Shown here piece after piece: positions 1 through 12,489 of a stretch of 64,000 nucleotides of DNA. The DNA comes from the human T2T-CHM13v2.0 reference genome, Homo sapiens: the NCBI RefSeq assembly GCF_009914755.1, contig NC_060932.1; one strand, given 5' to 3'. Positions within the stretch are counted from its first letter, which is position 1; the number at the start of each line of letters is the position of its first letter. Below the pieces are notes generated by a model, which had not been told where the DNA came from, made no database searches, and was given only the letters and a program-made list of their open reading frames with translations. The position numbers were made by a program, and so were the translations under genes.

Positions 1-478
1 AAGCTCTTGATTGTGACTCTTCTTCATATGTCGAGTCAGGTGATCCTTTCGCCCAAATCTCTGTGCACAATACTGACAGAGGAAGTCCTTTCTTCCAGTG
101 TGCACCACCATGTGTCTCCGGACATCCTTTCGGGTGTAGAACCGGCGATCACAATGTTCGCACTGGTGCTTTTTTTCTTTAACCCCACCAGACGACTTGC
201 CTGCATGAGATTTAAGGTGCTCCAGAAGCACTCCCGTGCTTTCAAAAGTTTGCAAACATACCTTACAGGTGAGGTCACCACTTGTTGCGGCATGCAAGGC
301 CAAGTGACGTTTAAATCCAAGCTTGGTATTGTAGTTCTTGCCACATTCTTCGCACTTAAACGTCTCTTTGTTAGGGTCGTGTGTATGGAGGTGATTCTTC
401 AGATGATCTTTCCGGTGAAACATTTTCTCACAATAATTACACTTGTGGGTTTTCTCAGGAGAATGAGTAGCCATGTGC
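1..478 (-). CDS. PLAG1: PLAG1 last coding exon (exon 5), 5' part; end of zinc finger 2 and fingers 3-7; continues past the window edge
   Basis: Minus strand after acceptor AG (480-479) reads G|CAC ATG GCT... = (R)[33 protein letters not shown]...[26 protein letters not shown], with tandem C2H2 motifs. Phase matches the AG left by exon 4. Confidence 0.97.
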
Positions 479-1002
479 CTTTAAACACAGATATAATCTA
501 TAAGTAGTTATTATGACAAAAATGGCATGTATTCACTTTTCAAATGGAAGCTAAACTACTATGCTAACACAGAATTCCCTTAGTAATGGAAACTGTTTAA
601 CTTAATATATACCACGAGGATAGTTAATATACCTAATTACTGCAAAACTTGAGCCATTTAAGTTGCCACTTTAGTTTTTGCTGGTTTCCAGCTATCATTA
701 CAAAAGCAAATGAGCAAGACTGAATATACTCACGTAAACGTCCTTACCCTTTTCTTGTTGTAATTTCTTTCTACAAATGGAAATTCTACTCATTAAGCAT
801 TTTATTTTAAAAAGTCCAAAGACACTAACACATAAAAGTATGTGATTTAGAATACTAAAAACTAAACCAATGTCTAATCTACTTAACATTTCCTCTTTGC
901 AAATTAGCTGAAAAATGTGTATACAAATACATACGTTTACAATGGCTTCAAACAGCCAACATAAGAGAAAATATAATCTGAAAGACAAATAGAGTTTAAT
1001 AC

Positions 1003-1244
1003 CTTTGTAATTTGTACTTAGAAACAAAGGCCTTGGTGCAGTCTTGTTGTATGCACTTGTAGGGCCTCTCTCCTGTGTGAGAGTAGGAGTGAACCTTTAA
1101 TTTCTCAACACTGTTAAAGGCCTTGTCACACAGTTGGCAAGGAAAGTTTTTTCTTGGTTTGGTTTCACCACGCTTACGTTTCCCTGAAGGGACTTTCTGG
1201 GTATCTCTTACTTCTGACAAATCACCAGGAATGACAGTGGCCAT
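1003..1244 (-). CDS. PLAG1: PLAG1 first coding segment (exon 4): N-terminus, KRKR nuclear localisation signal (1170-1181), zinc finger 1 and most of finger 2
   Basis: ORF track 996..1244 [43 protein letters not shown]... is the PLAG1 N-terminus. GT donor at 1002-1001; 242 nt ending in AG joins the G at 478 to form Arg. Confidence 0.97.
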
Positions 1245-1361
1245 CGCAGCCTAAACCAGGCCTTCTTGTTGGACACTTGGGAACTGCCCAACTCCACTAA
1301 ATGATATAGCTTTAGGTGGCTTCTCAAGTTTCATGTGGTCGTAAAAGAAAGCAAAAAGGGA
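1245..1361 (-). other. PLAG1: PLAG1 exon 4, 5'UTR portion (117 nt)
   Basis: Strong minus-strand acceptor (long pyrimidine tract, ...ttccAG at 1363-1362) upstream of the ATG. Confidence 0.9.
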
Positions 1362-2521
1362 CTGGAAAAAAAAATAAGAAACAACTAGTTTGTAACTAAA
1401 CTCAATTTTTAAAAATTTTATTTGCTATGTGATGCTTTTGAATTAAAAAAGAAACCAATAAAATGGATTCAGCTGGTCTAATGTAATATCATCACATTAC
1501 ATTAGAAACCCCATAGGTTTCTTTATATTTGTCAAAATACATAGAAATGCATTGCTCAGAATGAACAGTTCATACATACCCTGAAATTCCACTTGACACA
1601 TGTTTTACTTAGGCATAGCAGTAGTGATTTCAGGAACTCTCATGAAGAATCAAAACATGACTCTAAAAAGTGGCATTATTAAGCTTCAATTTTTACAAAA
1701 GATCAGAGAACATAAAATCTGACTAAAAACGTTTCAGCAAATATTTCAGTCTCTAAAAATCAGTTTGATTTGTGCATGTCAGCTCTAGTCAGACTGCACT
1801 ATAGGAAAACAGAGATAAGCAACTGAAAACTCTTTTAGGCACCTTGTGAACCATTGAGTCTGTGGAAGAGGTACTTCACGGAGAGACACTAGAGGCCTGA
1901 AAGAGTTGAATGCACCACCCGAAGTGATGCATTATACCAGTGTCATCATACTCTGAGGGATTCCTGAGTCAAGAGTAGAAATGATTCATCTTCCTAACAA
2001 ATACAAATTCTTCAAATAGTAAAACCTTTTGATGTTTTATTAGGTGAAGAGCATGGCTCTTTGTCATTTTGGGAGAAAGACATGGTTAATGTAATTTTCC
2101 TCATCGTTTTTCACATCACAAAAATTTTAGGCACACTGAGGTTAGTAGGTAAACGAGTCAGCAGGCATCCCCAAGAGCTGAGGGCATTGGCCTTTGGACA
2201 CACCTGCAACCTGTGTGCAGCAGACCTGTGTGGACTTCTGACATGGCACACAACACATCATCAAAGAGGTGTTTAAGGTTGGTAAAAAGGTGTGTCAGAG
2301 TTTCAATGTGTTATTGGTGCTGCAAAAAAGAATGAAATGTACATATTGTACAGCAAGGAGTATATCTTTTTAAACAAAAAATTTAAAAATGAATTAAAAC
2401 CTTTAAAAATTCATCGACAAAACATAGTAAATATTATCGACTCTGTTTCTAGGGTAAGAAAACCAACTCCTCAAAGTTCCAATTCCTCAACGTTTATAAA
2501 GGCTAGTTGAGTGATGTACTT

Positions 2522-2818
2522 ATTTTCTTTTGAGACAGAGTCTCACTCTGTCACCCAGGCTGGAGTGCAGTGGGGCAATCATGGCTCACTGCAGCCTTGA
2601 CTTCCCTGGGCTCAAGCTATCTTCAAGTGCCTCAGCCTCCCGAGTAGCTGGGACTGCAGGTACATGCCATTATGCCTGGCTAATTATTTTTTATCTTTTG
2701 TAGACACAGGGTCTCAATATGTTGCCCAGGCTGGTCTTGAACTCCAGGGCTCAAGCAGTCCTCCAGTCTCAGCCTCTCAACATGCTGGGATTATAGGCGT
2801 GAGCCGCCACACCTGGCC
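2522..2818 (-). mobile_element. Alu (AluJ-like)
   Basis: T-tract followed by gagacagagtctcactctgtcacccaggctggagtgcag...; target-site duplication GTGATGTACTT at 2511-2521 and 2820-2830. Confidence 0.95.
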
Positions 2819-4065
2819 TGTGATGTACTTTTAAGAGACCATAGAAATAATACCTGCAACCTCTTTTAAAACCAACTTCCTTATATCACCTGTGTTTTGG
2901 CACCAGACTGACACTGACACTTGCTGTCCCAAGCTACTACCAAGTTACTATTAGACTGACTTTCACGGATTCCAGTTATACTTTCGCAGGAGCTCTAAAT
3001 ACCTACATTTTTGTAAAATTAACTCTATGTTACAATAGGTCTAACTTTATTTTAATGTAAAGGCTGTTTCTAAACAGGCAAAATACAGCAATTATCCACT
3101 CACTTTATTAACATAGTAAGGCATATGGGTAAGTTCATCAGTACTTGCTTCAGGTGTCTTTCTTTATTAGGTAGATACAGGCAAGGCCTTTGTGCTATTC
3201 AAACGGTCTAAAAATCCGCCTTGCTGTTTAAAAGTGACATTAACACAATGCAACTGACATTACCAATGGTAACATATGTTCTTTTTGTTTTAGATTTTCT
3301 GGATCTCAAGGGCTTCTTGCTCTATTTCTGTTATATTCTCATTCAAAAGCTAGCTCCTCTGCTTCCCTTGGAAATATCTAAACAGCTACTCTGCTGTGAC
3401 CAGTAATGACACTATAAACTGGTATAAAGCATTCTACCAAGGCAGGAAACAAACCTTAATTTTCATTATTTGATTTCCTAACCTGATACTTTTATGCACC
3501 TATTTAGAACATCGTGGGAAACAAATTGAACACTTCCCAATTGCAGAATCTACATGGAATGCAAGTATCTAAATCCCTGTATATAACTAATATCTGAAAA
3601 TACTTCAAAGACTGGTCATATTTGCCATTGTGTTATAAAATCCAACCATAATGGGCAAAGAATTCCAGTTAAGAAAAACAACTTCTAAGTTATTAAAAAA
3701 AATTATTAGAAGTGCACCAATATGCAATATACAAACATTTGATTGTTACTAAAATTGGTGATAATCAATATGGAGTAACAAATGAATTCTGTTATCTTTG
3801 GATGTACATACTGAGCAATGAAGATTGCACTGATTTCAAATATTACACTTTTCTAAGACCAGCTGAAATTTTTTCATGGCTGATAATACCTTTTTATTTT
3901 AGTATATTACAAAACTCAAATTAATTATCATAGGTGCATTTCAAACTATAGGATAAGGTTGTGAGCTCAAAATCTAATAAAAGACCACATTCATAATATG
4001 CATATCAGTCAAATACTTTAAAGGTGCATGCATAGAATTATAGTGATTTTTAGTTCAATGCATAC

Positions 4066-4164
4066 CTGATTACTGATGGAAAAAGCCTCAGACTTTGATC
4101 TTAGCCAGTCCCATTGACTCTTCGTGGAAGAGAGTGGAATCCAATCCTTCCCATTTTGGCCAAT
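4066..4164 (-). other. PLAG1: PLAG1 non-coding exon 3 (99 nt)
   Basis: Acceptor tttttttcatAG|ATTGGCCAAAATGGGAAGG and donor ATCAG|GTATG; sequence recognised as PLAG1 leader. Confidence 0.9.
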
Positions 4165-7100
4165 CTATGAAAAAAAAGTGAAAATGGACTATCCTCTAAA
4201 TGGAACCGGTATGTAAATGATGGAAAATACAGGATAAAAGAATTGCAGTTTCATGGCACATGCTTACATTCCATACTCTGCTTACGAGTCATGCATTAAT
4301 TTTCACCAACTACATATGTTTATTAGGTCTAAGCACATTTACGTGACCAAATAAATGCATAAATAAAAAGTATTACCTAGATAAATAGCAATTTGTGATG
4401 CTGAATGACTCCCCACTTCTTTCCCAAATTTATTTATTTCTAAAATCTGACTTACCTACTGAAATGGATATTAGGGCTACTGTTTATAAACCAAATGATC
4501 AAAATTTTATTAAGTTTATTAATATTATGGAAGTGACAATCTTAGGCCCCTTTCGGAGGGTACATCTGGAGCCACCCAAAGAACAACAGGCTCCCGGTGA
4601 AAGCACTCAGCCCATACTGTGCACACTAGCACAACGGGGGCCTCTCAGAGCTACACTTTTGCTATCTGCAACACCTGCCAATTTATTTTTCAGGATGCTG
4701 CAAGGATGGTTGAAATGTAGCAACAACTCTGCACTCTTTAGATTTCAAAAGCATGCAAGAGAAGTTAAATATAGATTTGCTACAGAAGAAAGGGGTGTTA
4801 GGAAGAGAGCATCATTTGGTTTAAGAGGTCATTGTTGAAAACTCTTAAAGTAGCTTATAATGTTTATCAGTAGTATGATCATTAGTAGACTGAGATCACA
4901 CACAGAAAACAATCTGTTAATTCTTGATCGTACAAGTAAACATGAAAAGAATAACGGTCAAAAGGCAGAATAGAATCACCTATTGTAGAGAGCACAAGGC
5001 ATGAGAGATCAGTAAACTCAGAGTATTTTAAAGATGAACATTCAGAAATCATGATTATAAAGGGATAATTAAATCAAACAGTTAAAATAACAGATATGTT
5101 AATGACAGGTTAAATAAAAATAACTTTCAGATTCTTAACACAAATCTAAAAATATCCCCTGTAATAAAACTTTCATACTTGAAGAATTTGATGATGTCTA
5201 AATAAAGTATTTAATAGAAGGCATTCAAGCATCATTATAAAAATGCCAAGGGTATATCTGAAAGCAGCATTTTTTTATAGTTTAAAAGACAAGAAAAGCA
5301 AAAATTTAGACCTATAAAGGTATTTTAAACATTAAAGCAAAAGCTCCATTCTTTTGTAAAGCACAGGACATGCATAAATGGAAGAACGGAATTCTGCACA
5401 TCAAAATTACAAAATAATAACATTAACTTTGCAAATACTTACTTGCCCAGGGCACATACTGAGTTTTTTGTAGGGTAATTACGAATATGAAAGACCATTT
5501 TGTGTATTATGTTATTTTAAGAATATAAATACCTGACACGTGTGGAGTGTTTTCATCTCTATTATCTCCCTGGAATTCAATGAATCTGAGAGGTGGATGT
5601 GTTTACCATCATTGCCATTTTAAGGTGAGAGGCCCACAGAAGATGAACAACTTGACAGCATATGTGTGATAAAGAAGGGATGAATGCCCTAAAACTGTGA
5701 CTTCACTTTTATTCTACTGTTTTCTATGACAAGGCAGGTTAGCAAACCAATTTGCAAGTGGATAAATCCTGTCACTATCCTTAAAAGATCAAAAGAGGGG
5801 ATAGTGCCTATTTTCTCTTTTAGAGCTGCCAAATATCCAAAAGGAAATAAATTTAAGACTTAAAAAGTTTAAAAGACAGTTTATAAAGGCAGTTTTAAAT
5901 AATTTAAACAACTGTTAATGTAAAGTAATAGCTAATACATCTGTCTGAGTGGAAAACGATTTGGGTAGAAACAAATTGAAAACCCAAGTTAACTAGTAAA
6001 CAATAAGTTTATGTATTTTTTCCTTTATTCTCCAATCCATATAAATTTTATTGCATTCTCAAATACATTCATAAAATCTTTATTTATGCTTATTGTTCAA
6101 TGACATTTTACAATAAAAACCTTTAGCATCTAAGTATTTCAACACAGTTTAAAATTATGTATATTGTGACATATTCCAATAGTCTAGAAATCACCCATTC
6201 TATGTATTTTACAGTCTAAAATAACACAGCCAATCATTTTATTTTATCCCAAAACATAATCTTGAATTTCTTAATTTCCCTAAATTGAACCTATTTTGAG
6301 TTCTTATGAGTTGCCAAATAATTTCAAAGTTCTACTAAATATCTCCCCCCAAAAAAGAAAGCAGGACTGGTTAGAAATTATTCTTTGGATTGATATAATA
6401 AAAAATATACAGTTTGTATTTATGTAATCCTAACTGAAAAGTTAGATAAAATTATCTGTATATTCTCTTGTATAGGATTAAGAAAAACTTAAAAAGCACC
6501 AGGAGTACTATTCTGAAAAGTGCAACAAAACTTGGTTTGGTACTCATGTTTTTCTTTTCTACTTAAAAAAAAAAAAACTCACAAAGATTGGTTATTGTGC
6601 TTTTCAAGTGACGAAAATTCTTCTTTGCCTTGGTCTGATGAACTGTGAACCAAAGTAGAAAATACATACACCCATTTCAAATCACTCTAAGATGAACAGC
6701 AGTTCAGAATACCCTTCTAGTTTTTGTTGGTACCAGAAGAAGCAATTTTTTCCAGGGCAACTTTGCATACAGAAACAATAGAGAGAGTATGGCGTGTTTG
6801 TGCACACACACCCAGATTTATCTTCCGATGTTTTACATTATTCTAAAACAGTGACTCATATAAAAAACTAACAAGCCAAAATGAGTCATACATCAGAGGG
6901 TCTACTAAAATCAGTTCCTATGAGATGCCAGCAAAAGAACAGGCCTGTATTAAAACTGCTTATTTTAAATTCCATAGTTCTGATAATCATTTTGCTAAGA
7001 GCTGTGAATTTTTTCACTTACCTGCATCAATAATTATTTCATATTTAAAAGTCAAACAGATTTTGCTAATTAAGGGCAAATACCATCAAGCATCAAAGCT

Positions 7101-7671
7101 TTATTCTCCTGTATGCTTACAAGATGCCTTTAGTAAGTAATTCAGAAGATGTCAAAAAATTTCCTTAAAACAGGTTTTTCCATATAGAGTAAATAAAGTA
7201 GGTTGCAAAAAGAAACTTACCAGTTCTTAATATTGTAATTTACATGTATGAAACACAAGAGAGTTCTGAATAATATGAAAGAATCTATTACTAAGATAAC
7301 CCAACTGAAGGCAGTCAGTTTTGAAGTAAGGGCAACAGTATACTTAGAACATTTTTAAGAAATAACTTCGGTGTTTCTGCATAATTTGTAAATTTTTACA
7401 GCATTCACTTTCCATAGTCTGTAAAATCACTTATTAGTGAAAAATAACAGGAAAAAAACTATCTTATAAAAACCTAAGAATGAAAAATCAACTGCAGACG
7501 GTACAGGGGCAGAGAGGTTGTGCCAGTTTTATTCACTGTTGTTTCCCATAAAAGGCAGTTAAAGTAACTGTTGAATGAATGAAAAAAATTAAAACAGGGC
7601 CAAGTGCTTACCAGCATCACAATGACCTACAGGCTTGCTTAGTCATCATAATAGACATAAGATAGAATTTA

Positions 7672-8005
7672 CAGTTGACCCTCTGTATTTGTGGGTTTTG
7701 CATCCATGGACTCAGCCAACCATGGATTGAAAATATTTTTTAAAAACTGCATTTGTATTGAACATGCACAGACTTTTTTGGTCATTATTTCATATGCAGT
7801 ACAGTATAACAACTATTTACATAGTATTTACATTGTGTTAAGTATTATAAGTAATTTAGAGATGATGTGAAGAGTTCATGGCAGGATGTGCATAGGTTAC
7901 ATGCAAATACTATGCCATTTTATATCAGGTACTTGAGCATCTGTGAATTTTGGTATCCCAGGGAAGTCCTGAAACTAATCCCTCATGGATAGCAAGGGAC
8001 AACTG
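7672..8005 (-). mobile_element. MER2-like TcMar-Tigger DNA transposon fossil
   Basis: Terminal inverted repeats cagttgaccct / agggacaactg, TA on the left flank, internal sequence resembling the MER2 consensus as recalled. Confidence 0.8.
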
Positions 8006-9013
8006 TGTATCTATATTCAAGTCAAAGATAATGTAGTATGAACACAATTTGGTCCAACAAATTGAATAAGCTAATAGAACAGTATTTTTTTTGAAACTAA
8101 GCAGCTATTTGAAAAGTCTTAGATTAAAACAATAGCAATTGTAATAAAAGGTTATCTAAAAATACTTATTTTGCCTCAGAAAACAAGCATTCTCTAATCT
8201 TAATACTAAGAAATCAACTAATACAAGTAGATAACATCAGTCTGGCTCCCATTCGTAATAAAAATTTCCAAAGTGAAAACACGCCTGATGCCTGCATTAG
8301 TCCTTGGTATGGGGCAGGAAGGACGAGACTCTCAGTTGGGGCTGCTGGTCCCTACAGAGGGGAACAGAAAGGAGCTGGAGCAACTACTGTGAAGCAGGAG
8401 ACATAGCCAAGACATGCACCTAACTCGCCTGAGTTTACAGCAGGTCCCCAAAAATGCATTTTATAACTGGATTGTGGAAAACTACACTATTTACTTTCCT
8501 AAATTAGATGTCATAGTTAACTAAAGTTAATCAAAAATAAGGATGCCCTTTTTGAATTACTGCGTTTTATATTTTTAACTCATTTTGAGCAATTCATTAA
8601 AATATAGTTCTAGGACATCTTTTTGAAATTTACCATAAAAATTAGCCTTACTGATGTTTAGAAATGTCTTATATTTAGTATACAGATAATAAAAACTAAT
8701 TGAGAAGTGAGAAGTGAGGGGAAAAATGGCATAACTTTTTGTCTGTAAGAACCAACAGGAAAAAGTCAATGAATTCCAAAGTGGAATCAGAAAACCCCAA
8801 TATCAGTTCTCTTATCTGTACAAGCAGGATGTTCCTTTTCAGGCCACTCATTTTCTAGAGTAGCCAGAGAGAATGAACAGATAACCCAATGAAGAAGGAG
8901 TATCAAGTAAATTTTATCTCCCAATTCAGACATATTTTCCTTGGTTGTTTATTTTATAGAGCAAAAATGCCACGTTAAGTTAAAAGTTTTTTTTCTCTTT
9001 TGAAAACTCCCTT

Positions 9014-9342
<329 letters not shown>

Positions 9343-11382
9343 TAATGATCCACAACTTAGAAGCACTTCATTTCAACTGCTATTTGGGGTGGGGGTGGGG
9401 GGTTCCCTATGATTGTGTATTTTTATCAAAATAAAAAGACTTAAAAATACAATGGGTGGTACAACACTGAGATATTTTCATTTTTTTCACATGGGGCCAT
9501 TAGTATTTTCAAAGAGGAAATGAAAAAGAAATTGTGCAAAAGGGAAGCAATGATGCCTCAGAGAGCAAAGAAGGACAATTATATCTGAATGCAAAGTAAG
9601 ACTGCTTAATCAATACTCTATTTTTAGATAATTTCCTGTGCTTTTTTTTTTTTCTATAAAACAGTCCCAAAATATTGGTGATCTTGGTCTGATTACAAAG
9701 TAGGTAGCCCACAGGTCAGCTCAATCTGAAAACTGTATGTATCCCAAATTGTGGTAAGTTATTGATCTTATTACCAGTAACTGATTAAGTTTCTGGGGGT
9801 ACAACAAAAATGTTTGACACCAACTATAAAAATGTTCACAATGAAGGACCCTAAATATCTAGAGAACATGCCTCCATTCATGTATAGTAAATTGCCTAAT
9901 GCTATTAAAATCGCAAATACAGAATAATCCAGATTTCATGTCTGAACTGTCAAGCACCCATACTGAATCTGCCTATAAATTCAAACAAAAAGGCAGACAT
10001 CAGACACTTTATAAGAAAAGTGCTAAAGAAAGTTTTACTTAGCTATAAATATAAGTTGTACTTATCTATAAAAGCTCAAGCAGAAATTAGTTTTAAGCCA
10101 TCTCAAAGTAAAGTGTACTTTAAAGACAGGCTTGTGCTATGGCATAAATGTTGTGTATGTGCTGATGCTTTAGTAGTACTAAAAAATGTAATGAAAACAG
10201 AATTCATGGCCTGGTTCAGGTCTGCACATACCATCCATCTGTCCTCCCTAAGTTATGCTCATGTGCATGTCCAGGATAAAATCACTTCTAGAAACAACTA
10301 TTTCTATTTATTCCCACACAGTTAAGGGTAAACAGGATCAGTTCTAGGCAAAACCATCATGTCAAGGGTAGCCGCTCTCTCCTCTGCCTCCAGAGGACCC
10401 CATGTACTCTCCTGGCTGGAACAATTAGAAGAGGTTTGTTATCTATATTCCTTGACCAATTCTATTTGATCAAGAATGACCTTGAAAACCTTACCTCTCT
10501 GAACCTTTCACCCTTAATATGGACTGGAAAGCTCTTCTTGAAATGACCTGTCTGACCTGTCTCTCCCCCAGCGACAGTAAATTCATCTGCAGGGATACTA
10601 TTATTCATCCTCGTATCCCTAGCACCTGGTCAGCACCCTAGCATGTAGCAGACATTTGATAGACATTTGCTGAACAGAACTGTGGTCCCTTTAAGGAAAT
10701 TTCAGGAATCAAAGCTAGCAGGTAAATATGTTTCAGGTCTCCTGAAATTTCAAATTGGTTATAAAGCAAGCTCAGAAGACAAGCCCCAGAGAAATACATG
10801 GTTAGTTTGTTTTGGCAGAGAGGTAGGAACTTAGGGAAAGCACCACCGCCACCTGGGAGTCCGTACTGCTTCTGTGTCCCCAGGAGAGGCGTCACCTGCT
10901 TCGGCAGACCTCAAAAGCCAGGGAGTCTCAGGCACGTGCTACCCAGAGCCCGCCAAGCACGGATACAAACCTGGGTAGCACTCAGCCAGCCTGGACGTTT
11001 AGAACACTTCTGCTTTAAATGTCCTGTTCCATAGCTCCTTAAGCACATGGAACCTGTATTGATCATGATTTATCATTTAGAAATAGCCAGTGAAGTTCTA
11101 TGGGAAGGAAAAAGGAACAAAGTAAAATTCAAAATCTTTAAAAGAGGGTATCCTTCATGTGAAAATAAAATGTGAGGATCATGTTTAAAATATCAGAGGA
11201 AATTTTCAACTGATTACAGATATAGGAGAATAAAAAAGGAGAAAACCTGCATAAATTTAGTTTGGCTAAGTAAAACTAGTCATTTTTCCTTTTTCTAGCT
11301 ACTAAAAAACAACTTCATTGAAAACAAGTTTAAAAACTACAGTAAAGTAGAAAAAGAAAAAAAAAATCCATAACCCCTAACA

Positions 11383-11471
11383 CTAAAGATTTTTATAGCA
11401 TATAGATAGCTAAAATTTTTATAGTATACAGATAGCTAAAATATTTACAGTATACTGATAGCTAAAATTTT
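11383..11471 (+). repeat. 26-bp-period minisatellite (~3.4 copies)
   Basis: GATAGCTAAAAT recurs at 11405, 11431 and 11457. Confidence 0.85.
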
Positions 11472-12384
11472 AATGCTAACGGTGTTGATGCTTAAACCCA
11501 TAGAATGTTGTTCTTATAGAAAATTTTAGCCCGATTAATTCGTGTACCTTTGATTTGATCAAGCTCTGTTGATGTATCTTGTGAAACCCTGCCCAAGGCC
11601 TCCTTTCCCCCATCTGCCATCAGTGAAGAGTTCAGGAGCCCATCCCCTGGTATCTGTCACAGCCACCATTGTTTTTTTTTCCAGTCTCCCCGTCCTAGGG
11701 CTGGGGGTCCTGGCCTCTCAACCTCTACCCTATCTTGAAGGTCGTACTGACAGACTTACCTGGTACCAAATCCACGTGTGCCTGGATTTCCAAGTATTGC
11801 TACACCTTGATTCTGTGACACTGAGCTGCGCCTACAGGCTGGGAAATCTAGATAGCTTGTGTGTGTCCTCTTCCCAACAATGCTGGCAAATTGCTATTGT
11901 TGCATTGGGTTCCTTATTCTAGCATCTGCCCCATCCCTGTGAGCAAGTCTAATCCCCCTCTCCACCTGCCCATAGGTAATAGGATCCCGCCCAGGAGACA
12001 AAAAAAAAAAAAAAAAAAAAAAAAAGATATAAGGGCAACATGGGATACTGTATCACTGTGCAAGATTTAGAGAAAGAAGAGCTTAAGAGTACATCTGTGG
12101 GCTATCTGGGGAACAGGAACAAATTAAGTTTTTACAGCAGCTATGTGTTTTGTGCAAAGAGTGAGGAAGACTGCTCCTTGCTAGTATTTCAAGCCTCCCA
12201 TTCGACCATAATTATTACTGAAGTCCCCATCACAGTACATACTGATAGACCCTAAGATTGTAAGTGGCATGCTTATTATGTGGCATGCTTTTCAAAGCTT
12301 TTAATATTATATCTTATAGTATTTAGGAACTGGAATAATTAATCACTTTGAAAGTCATGCCATATAATGATAAAAGCCACCTAC

Positions 12385-12489
12385 CTGAGGCCCTGCTCCA
12401 AACTCTAGCAAGGCAACCTTATTAATAGACCGTCACAGAATGAAGCATTCTGGGTGCCAAATACGGCCAAGGCAGCACCAAGAGGCAAC
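12385..12489 (-). other. PLAG1: PLAG1 non-coding, alternatively spliced exon 2 (105 nt)
   Basis: Acceptor cttttctttttAG|GTTGCCTCTTGG and donor CCTCAG|GTAGGT; sequence recognised as PLAG1 leader. Confidence 0.88.

Noticed and set aside
7-507. 166-aa + strand ORF and 102-aa alternative-frame - strand ORF (36..344)
   Set aside because: Shadow frames of the PLAG1 zinc-finger exon; open antisense frames are common there and the products resemble nothing I recognise.
10845-10863. CTCF-like motif (ggactcccaggtggcggtg on -)
   Set aside because: Mismatch at a core position; cannot be supported without a matrix scan or ChIP data.
11383-11471. Regularly spaced repeats as a CRISPR-like array
   Set aside because: Head-to-tail minisatellite without unique spacers, in eukaryotic DNA with no cas genes.
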